This document shows positions 55,801 through 64,000 of a stretch of DNA of 64,000 bases, piece after piece. The stretch covers positions 112,716,001 to 112,780,000 of the forward strand of contig OZ024741.1 in the NCBI GenBank assembly GCA_964016885.1, read 5' to 3'. Every line of letters starts with the position of its first letter. Within the stretch, counting starts at the first letter, position 1. The notes below the pieces were generated by a model. It searched no databases, was not told the DNA's origin, and saw nothing but the letters and a program-made list of their open reading frames with translations. This DNA is from Eledone cirrhosa. Taxonomy: Eukaryota. The position numbers and the translations under genes are program-made.

Positions 55801-56207
55801 GTATGTATATGTATGTGTATATATATATATATAATGGCGTTGGTCAGTCAATGGTAACATTGAGGACTGAATAAATTAAATTAACTGATATAAAAGATGC
55901 AGAAGCGAAAACCAACCAAACAGTGAGTGTGTTCTGTTATTAATTCTGGTAATATTATTACACAAATATGACCCTCCCCAAGTAAAACAATATATATATA
56001 TAAGTATGTATACGTACATACATATATATATACAGACCTACAGTAGTATGTATATATATATATACATACATACACACATATATACATGTACATATGGAAT
56101 CACCAAACATTTATTATAATGCTCGGTGTGTTTGTAAACAAACATCCCGCATTAAGCCGTAGTGTCTAGCAACCATCGTTGCTCGTTTGTTCAACACTGA
56201 CAAAGAA

Positions 56208-56250
56208 ACACTGTACTAGTTTCAAGCTTATTAGCTATCGTCAGCAACGT
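56208..56250 (-). ncRNA. Minimal type I hammerhead ribozyme
   Basis: Minus strand: acgttg-CTGACGA-t agct aata agct t-GAAA-ctaGTA-cagtgt. Stem III is the palindrome ACTAGT and the triplet is GUA. Confidence 0.78.
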
Positions 56251-56414
56251 ATACCTTCCTGCCAGATGATTGAACGTCTGAAAGTATATACTTTCCTTAT
56301 GCATATTAACGACTGAGCAGCCTAATTTGCATATCGAGTGGGTTAATCAGCCGGGTGCACCGAAAACGATAAACAGAAAAAATGAAACGAAATTTCATTT
56401 CCCACTCTTAGTAC

Positions 56415-57440
56415 GTCTGTTACTCTCAGAGTATCCTCCCCCTTTGTTAACTAAGTCACCTAGGTAACAGAAGCCATCAACTATCTCTATGGACCTTTTC
56501 TGTGACTGGATCAGGTTTATATCACTGACGCTCTTCCCCTTGATTGCTTCTGTGCATCTTCTACAGACAGTCTTCCTTTTATGTTAGTCTACCCGTTATC
56601 TCATTACACCTTTTGGGTACCCAAGATTTACATTGTGTACACTGTATAGAGTTCATGCCTACTCTGTTTCTACATATTGAGTATGACCACTTCCCTGAAG
56701 GGTTCAGAGTTCTAACTTCTTTTCTACTAACTAGCACTTTAGTTTTGGCTAAGTTTACTCTCAGACCCTTTGATTTCAAATTCTGTTTCTATAGAGAGAA
56801 CTTATTTTTTTAGTTCTTTTATAGATTTGGTTATAAGGACCAAATCATCTGCATAGAAAAGTTGCCATGGACAGATAGTTTTAAACTTCTCTGTTATGGA
56901 CTGGAAAACAGTGGGCTATGAACTGAACCTTGATGAACTCCTAACAGTACCTTGAATTTCTCACTAAACTCACTTCCTACACTCACTCTACTGACAGCTC
57001 CTGTGTACATGGCTCAGACTGCTCTCACAAGCCATTCTTATAGACCTAAATGCTTTAAGGACCACCAGATAATAGATCGAGGGACTGTCAAATGTCTTTT
57101 CTATATCAACAAAAGCTAAATATAGTGGTTTATTCTTGGATAGGAATTTCTGTTGTAGTTGTCTCACTATGATGAGGGCTTCTGTAGTACTTCATGAGGC
57201 ATGAAACCAAACTGCATCTCATCAAATTTGACTTTTTCCCTAATTAGATGAGCTACAACACTTTCTGTCACTTTCATAACTTGATCCATTAGTTTTATTC
57301 CTCTACAGTTGCTCCTTTCGAGAGCATCTCTTTTGCCCTTGTAGCAATTTAATGATTGTACTACAGTGTCAGTCATTGCATATGACTTCATCTTGTACTA
57401 CTTGAATGACTATGTGGGTTACTAGTTTGAGGTCGGACCT
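56415..57440 (-). mobile_element. Older RTE LINE RT fragment
   Basis: NCYKGKRDALERSNCRGIKL, QFGFMP and GLRVNLAKTKVL, with many stops. Confidence 0.85.
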
Positions 57441-57604
57441 CAGCTATGAAAACATCATTTTGTCCATTCCCTTGTCTTTAGATTGACTGGTTATATGATC
57501 GAAAAATCACATAGCCAAAATTGTCATTGAAATATGTATCACAACTTTATTAATAAAGGATATTTTAACATCTGCACTGAACTTCATATTCTCCTTATTC
57601 TAAG

Positions 57605-57606
57605 GG

Positions 57607-57690
<84 letters not shown>
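57605..57690. repeat. (GA)n microsatellite
   Basis: Read directly. Confidence 0.97.
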
Positions 57691-57693
<3 letters not shown>

Positions 57694-58765
57694 CAAAGAC
57701 TGAATAGAGGAAAAGATTTGAATTTCTCCAAAGAAATCAACTCACTATCAGGTCATGAGGTCAAAGGTATCAAAGGAATGATCATTGTGTAAATTCACAC
57801 ACACAAGCATATAACCACACATAAATATCAAGCACCATCATTGATAAAAGGTAGCAAGAAGAGCTTTGTTTAAAGTTGAGGGCCTCCTTGAAGAAGGGGT
57901 CCTGTTTGATGGGAGGGGGGGAGGACAAGGCATTCCCCCCACTATCCCGGATAAGTCTGTCCCTGATTATTTGCTAATTTGAATGAGCCTATTAAGTTGG
58001 TTCATTTCAGAAAAAAAAATTCTTCTATCACAAATACAGCTACTATCACTACCATCGCTATTACTGCTATAACAGATGATTTACTACTGAAAACCTCTCA
58101 ACGTTTTGCTGGCCTCCCAGTTTCAGCACAACCCCCGCCCCCCCCCCCCCACCACCACCACCACCACCATATGCAACTAGCTAAATATTAGAAAATAATC
58201 ATCTCTTTCTTGCTTCTATGGCTCTTTAAATTATTATTTTTAAAACTGATGAAAGCTTGGATTGCTGAAGCAGTTTCAATAATTTTGCAAGTTATTACTT
58301 GATTTCATTCTATTTTTTCTTCATCTTGTTTTTGAAGTTTTAAAAATGGTTATAGGATATTTATTTATTTTGTTGAGTGATTTTGGCTTCATTGTTATCA
58401 TTCGCAGGAAACTAACGATTTTGTTGTATTCTACTCACATTTCCATGAGATTTATATCTAAAAAAGAAATCAAGTCCACCAATATTTAAAATCATAAGTA
58501 CTCTTTTCAAAATAGATATATATGTGTTTGTGTGCATATATGCATAGTTATATTCGTGTATGCGTGTGTGTCTGTGAAAGCAGCAATATTCAATATCATT
58601 AGTACATTTTCCAAAAAGATATGTGTCTTTGTGCATATATGTATAGTTATATTAATTTGTGTGTGTATGTGTATACAAGCAACAATATTCAAAATCATTA
58701 GAACACTTTTCCAAAAAGATATATATGTGTGTGTGTGTGTGTGTCTGTATCTGTGTGCTCGCATG

Positions 58766-60810
58766 CATCATCATCATCATCATCACCGTTTTACATCCGT
58801 TCTTCTACGCTAGCATGGGTTAGACGGGTTGTCCTGTTGTGAGCAGTGACCAGTCAGCTGACCTTGTCTTGCTCATACAGGAACTGATTCTGGCTTGATT
58901 TCTGCAGCTGAATGCCCTTCCTAACACCAACCTCATATACAGTGAGTGCTGGGTGCTTTTTTTCCGTGGCGCCTCCACGTCCACTTTACAGTGTGGGCTG
59001 GGTGATTTTTTGCCGTGGCACCTCCACGACCACTTTACAGGGGGGGGGGGGGGGATATTGTCTATATGCTTCAGCTTCGGCTTGTTCCTGTGAGGGGTCG
59101 GGTCTTCTGGATTACTGCGTGACGCCACAGGTCACGGTCGTGTGTCATTGCCCTTGAGAGGAGCAATTCGGTAAGGTCGGCCTTTATCACCTCATCCCAG
59201 GTCTTCTTGGGTCTCCCCACTTCGCGGTTTCCATCGACTTTTAGTGCTTTGCACCTTTTTATGCAGCTGTCATCCTTCATACGCATCACATGTCCATACC
59301 AACGTAACCTCCTCTCCTGCACTCAGCAATCGATTCCTCTTATGCTCAGTCTCTCTCTCAATTCGTTTATACCTTGCTGTTCGCGTATATTTCTATTACA
59401 CATCCACCAGAGCATGCAAGCTTTGTTTCTTTCTAATCTGCGCAAGTCTTCTATAGACAGCGCCCAGGTTTCACTTCCATGTAACATTGATGTTCGTATA
59501 CACGCATCATACAGTCTGCCTTTCATTTTGAAGGAAAAGCCTTTTGCAGCTAACAGTGACAGTAGCTCCCTGAACTTCTTCCATCCCATTCTTACCCTAG
59601 TTATTGTACTTTCCGAACACCCACCTCCGCTGCTAATTCGGTCACCTAGGTAGCAGAAGCTGTCTACTGTTTCTACAGAGCCCTCCCAGAGTTTGGTGGT
59701 GCTTGTTTCCTGTGGTCGTTTGCTGCTTGCTGTCCCAGCGCAGCTACTACATATGAAGCCTACATCCTTAGTTAAACTTCCTGAGATCCCACTACATCCC
59801 ATGTGTACCCATTGTTTGCATTTGGGGCAGTGGATGGAGTTCCTACCTACACCTTTCCTACATACTGAGCAAGGCCATTTCCCTGAGAGGATTTGGGTTC
59901 TGTTTTCTCGTCTACTTACAAAAACCTTAGGCTTTGTCAGGTTGACTTTGAGACCATTTCTTTCTAGTCCCTGCTTTCATGTTTGGAATTTCTTCTCTAG
60001 TTCCATCATGGATTCAGCTATAATTACAAGATCATCCACATATAGGAGTTCCCATGGGCATCCGGTCTTAAACTCTTCCGTTATTGCCTGCAAAACTATA
60101 ATGAACAAGAGAGGGCTAAGAACAGAGCACCAGTGGACACCAACCTGTATGCTAAATTCCTCGCTATAGTCATTACTAACTCTAACTTTGCTGACTGTTC
60201 CTCTATACATGGCTTGTACAGCTTTCACAAGCCATTCATCTACTCTTAATTTTCTAAGAGCCCACCAGATTATAGCACGGGGGACTCTGTCGAAGGCATT
60301 TTCCAGATCGACGAATGCCAGGTAGAGCGGCTTACTTTTAGCTAGGTACTTTTCCTGTGATTGCCTCACAAGGAAAAGCGCATCAGTGGTGCCTTTTCCC
60401 GGTACAAACCCAAATTGCATCTCATCTAGTGTCACCTGGTCCCTAATCAACTGTGCTATAACTCTTTCTGTTACTTTCATGACCTGGTCCATCAGCTTTA
60501 TACCTCTATAGTTTCCTCTATCTAGTGCATCACCTTTACTTTTGTAGCAGTTGACAATGATGCTGCTGCACCAATCCTTTGGTATGATACCCTCTAGTAT
60601 TACCTGATTAACAATTTGTGTTGTTCTGGTGTGACCTACCTTCAGCATCTCAACAGCTATACCCGATGGACCGGTTGCCTTCCCTGTCTTCATATCTTTG
60701 ATTGCCTTACTTACTACGCTGCTGCTGACTTGTACTGCTGGCCCCTCTATAGGGTCCGCTTTGGGTAGGGTCTCTTTTTCCCATGCATTCTCCTCATCTG
60801 TGAATGAATG
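58766..60810 (-). mobile_element. RTE family A LINE, 5'-truncated
   Basis: ORFs 59977-60813, 59323-59802 and 59071-59322 (RT with YVDD, PHD finger, C-terminus), then the 3' UTR and tail. Confidence 0.93.
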
Positions 60811-60821
60811 CAATGCATATA

Positions 60822-63281
60822 CAGTGGGTCCTCGATATATGGTAGTTCTTTATCCGGTAAATTCACAGATACGGTTTTGGGTAATTACTACCATCAATTC
60901 TATTTACGGTAAAAAAAATTCACAGATATGGTTTTTGGTCGTGTTTTGTTTATATTGTACCGTAGCGCCACCTGTAGTGAGCAATAAATTTCCTCTTGAA
61001 TTCGTGGAAACTCACTGCTATTCGAATTCTAGGAAAATTGTGTTACTACTGCTATCGTACTAACTGACCTTACCGAGAAACTGGTCATAACTCTTAACTG
61101 ATCACTTCAGTTCGGCAAACTAGCGTGTCCTCTTAGTGAGAGAATTTTTGCCGAACTGAAGTGATCAGTTAAGAGTTATGACATCATTCAAAGTAAGAGA
61201 AAACCCAACGGCGTGTTTTTGGAGCATAATTATCACGGCATATCTTATAACCCCATATCTCATGGCCCCAAAACATCCTGTGAATATTGCTGATGCAGAT
61301 GGAAAGGCCAAATGCATGAGGAAGAGCCTGAATTTGGAGATAAAGCTGGACATTTTGAAAAGGAAGGAACAGGGGCAAGGTACATCCACCATAAGTCGTA
61401 ACTTAGGCCTAGCCCAGTCTACAGTCTGGACTGTTTTAAAAAATAGTGATGCTGTCAAAAAAGCTGGGGAGAATGCTATGAGTCTACAGAGTAAATTGTT
61501 GACCAAACATCGTGAGCCAATTATGGATAGGATGGAAAGGTTGCTCAAAATTTGGATCAATGACCAAAATCGTCAAAATATCTGTCTTTAAATGTAATCA
61601 GTGAGAAAGCATTGTCCATTATTGACAGGCTCAAGACTGAAATGGAGGTGGAGGACTTTGTATTCAAGTCAAGGCAAGCAAAGCTGGTTTGATAAGTTCA
61701 AACGACGTTCGAGTCTTCACAACATAAACGTTACAGGTGAGGCTCCCAGTTCCGACAAAGAGAGTGCTGAAAATTTCAAGGCAGAGTTAGAGAAATGCAT
61801 TGCAGAAAAGGCGTACAGCAAAAAAAAGGTTATTAATTATGATGAAACAGGACTTTATGGGAAAAAGCTGACCAGTAATACTTATATTGACAAGGGGGAG
61901 AAAAGTGCGAAGGGGTTCAAAGCCTCAAAGGACTGCGTTACTCTGTTACTTGGAGGGAATGCAGAAGGAGATTTAAAGCTAAAGCCACTCATTATCTACC
62001 ATTCTGAAACTTCAAGAGCACTCCTACCAGTGATATGGAAGTCTAATAAGAAGGCATGGCTGATCACTTCAATTCACCAGGATTTTTTCACCTCATATCT
62101 GTCACCAACTCTTAAGGAATATGCATTAGCTAACAACATTGCCAACCATTTTCTGTTATTAGTGGATAACGCCCCCAGCCACCCACGGGCAATGGAAGAC
62201 TGGTCAGAAAATATTGAGGTTTTGTTTCTCCCCCCAAACACCACAGCTCTCATTCAGCCGATGTATCAAACAGTCATCAAAACATTTAAGGCATACTACC
62301 AGCAGAGAACCATGCAGCAGCTGATAAAGGGCACACATGGGCCTGACAAGCCCACGATCAGGGAATGGTGGAAATTGTACAACATCAAGCACAGCTTAGA
62401 CAATATCAAGACATCTTGGGAAGAAGTGAAGCAGTCTACCATGAACTTTGCCTGGAAGAAATTATGGCCAGCATGCGTGAATGACTTCCAAGGCTTTGTT
62501 GAGGACATAAAAAAAGATTAAAAAAACGATAAAAAAAGATATTGTAAATCTCTGCCATAGAGCTGACTTCGATGGTGTTAATGATGATGATGTGCAAGAC
62601 CTTTTGGAAAGCCACGCTGAACCACTCTCTAATGATGAACTCATAGAACTAGACAAGGCGATACAGGAGACAGAAAAAGAAGAAGAGGAGGAAGAAGAAC
62701 CTGTGTGTGGCTTGGACATAAAAACTCTAGGAGAATGTCACGGGAGTATCGAAACAATCTTAGAAACCTTGAAGGAGCATGACCCCAACCCTGCCAGGAG
62801 CAGCAAAGTGGCTCAAGACGTCGAGAAAAGCGTTAAGATTTACGAAGAAATGTATGAAGCCAAAAGAAACACCGCCAAACAGTTCTCCATCTACTCTTTC
62901 TTCAAGCCAGTCACACCTGCCAACCGTGCTACAGCTGGCCCTTCAACATCCACTGCAGTCAACGAGTTTGTTGGTTTTGAGCCTCCCACATCACCCTCAT
63001 CCTCCCCTGCCAACTCAGCCCAAGATGAGTAAGGGCTGAAACCCATACTGTCCCTTAGCCTCGGGAGGGACAAATGAAGAGGCACATCATCTGATGGACT
63101 ACGCAGCATGTGTAAGGTACAGTAAATAACAAAAAACATTTCTTTTCTGTAGGGATGACTTTTTCGATGTGCTGGAACGCATCCCTATCTATTTCATGTT
63201 ATAATGGGTTCTTTTGACGGTAATTCGATATACAGTAAGGGTTTCAGGAACGCATAAATACCGTATATTGAGGACTCACTG
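60822..63281 (+). mobile_element. Tigger/pogo (TIGD1-like) DNA transposon, full length but inactivated
   Basis: TA|cagtgggtcctcgatatatggt...accgtatattgaggactcactg|TA. CENP-B-like HTH in ORF 61262-61591. DDE domain YDETG, LLVDNAPSHP and QPMYQ (third D changed to Y). Frameshifts present. Confidence 0.93.
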
Positions 63282-63499
63282 TATGTGTGTATATAAATAC
63301 ACTTGTATGCACACATGTATACATATTATTTTACTAGTTATTGTTTTATGGTAGATACATATTACTAGTTTTCAATTACTTGAAGATTAATGCTAAACAG
63401 CATTCACCAGATTCACATGGTTTCAGTAATGGTTATTTTATCTACACAGCAACTGAGTATTATAACTTTTTTTTTAAACCTATTACAAATATATATATA

Positions 63500-63553
<54 letters not shown>

Positions 63554-64000
63554 GCAAGCAGGGAAAAGCGGACGTAAAATGAAATGATGATGATGATACA
63601 CACACATATATATATATATACACACACATATATATATATGTGCATACATATACATATATATATATACATACACACATATATATAGAGATATATATTAGTT
63701 AGTAACATGCGCTTATGCTATCTGATTAAATAGAATTAGTTTATTAGTTGGGATTTTAAAAGACCCTCTGAATGGGAAAAAGGATGAGTATTGATGTACA
63801 TGGGACGCAAACCCACATCTTTGGTTTGCCGGACCAGTTACACCAACTAACTTTGCAAGCATGTGATCTTGTGTTACATCACACTGTGTGCCACTTTGAG
63901 CAAGTGTCTTAAACTATAGCCTTGTGAATGAATTTGGTAGCTAGAATCTGTATGATTGGTGTTAGAAAGGGTTTCCAGCCTTGGAAACAATGCAAAAATG

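Noticed and set aside
58245-58285. CTGATGA-aagc..gct-GAAG hammerhead-like string
   Set aside because: The GAAA box is altered and stem I is not adjacent to the core. A chance match is plausible.

Overview
Eukaryotic, AT-rich, repeat-saturated genomic DNA, not prokaryotic. The repeat inventory is most consistent with a mollusc, probably an octopus-like cephalopod (inference). Almost all long ORFs in the track are artefacts of (TA/TG/CA)n microsatellites or pieces of transposable elements. The elements are at least 8 RTE-type LINE copies with a PHD-like insert, a Naiad-like Penelope retroelement with an inverted GIY-YIG duplication, CR1/L2-, L1/Tx1- and R4-like LINE relics, two non-autonomous Helitrons, a Tigger/pogo transposon, hAT and mariner fossils, MITEs and several tRNA-derived SINEs. 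Only one plausible host exon was seen (48286-48471, minus). The most striking signal is non-coding: a dense set of hammerhead-ribozyme (HHR) motifs, four with intact cores (20903-, 21123+, 31399+, 56208-) and several decayed or half copies, in short islands between (TA)n arrays. One island is a 374-bp near-perfect palindrome with one HHR per strand. Four otherwise unrelated islands share one architecture: (TA)n, fold-back inverted repeat, ~85-bp one-sided tail, (TA)n. This looks like a family of microsatellite-targeting, ribozyme-bearing, non-autonomous Penelope-derived hairpin elements. All structures were folded and aligned by eye; no searches were run.
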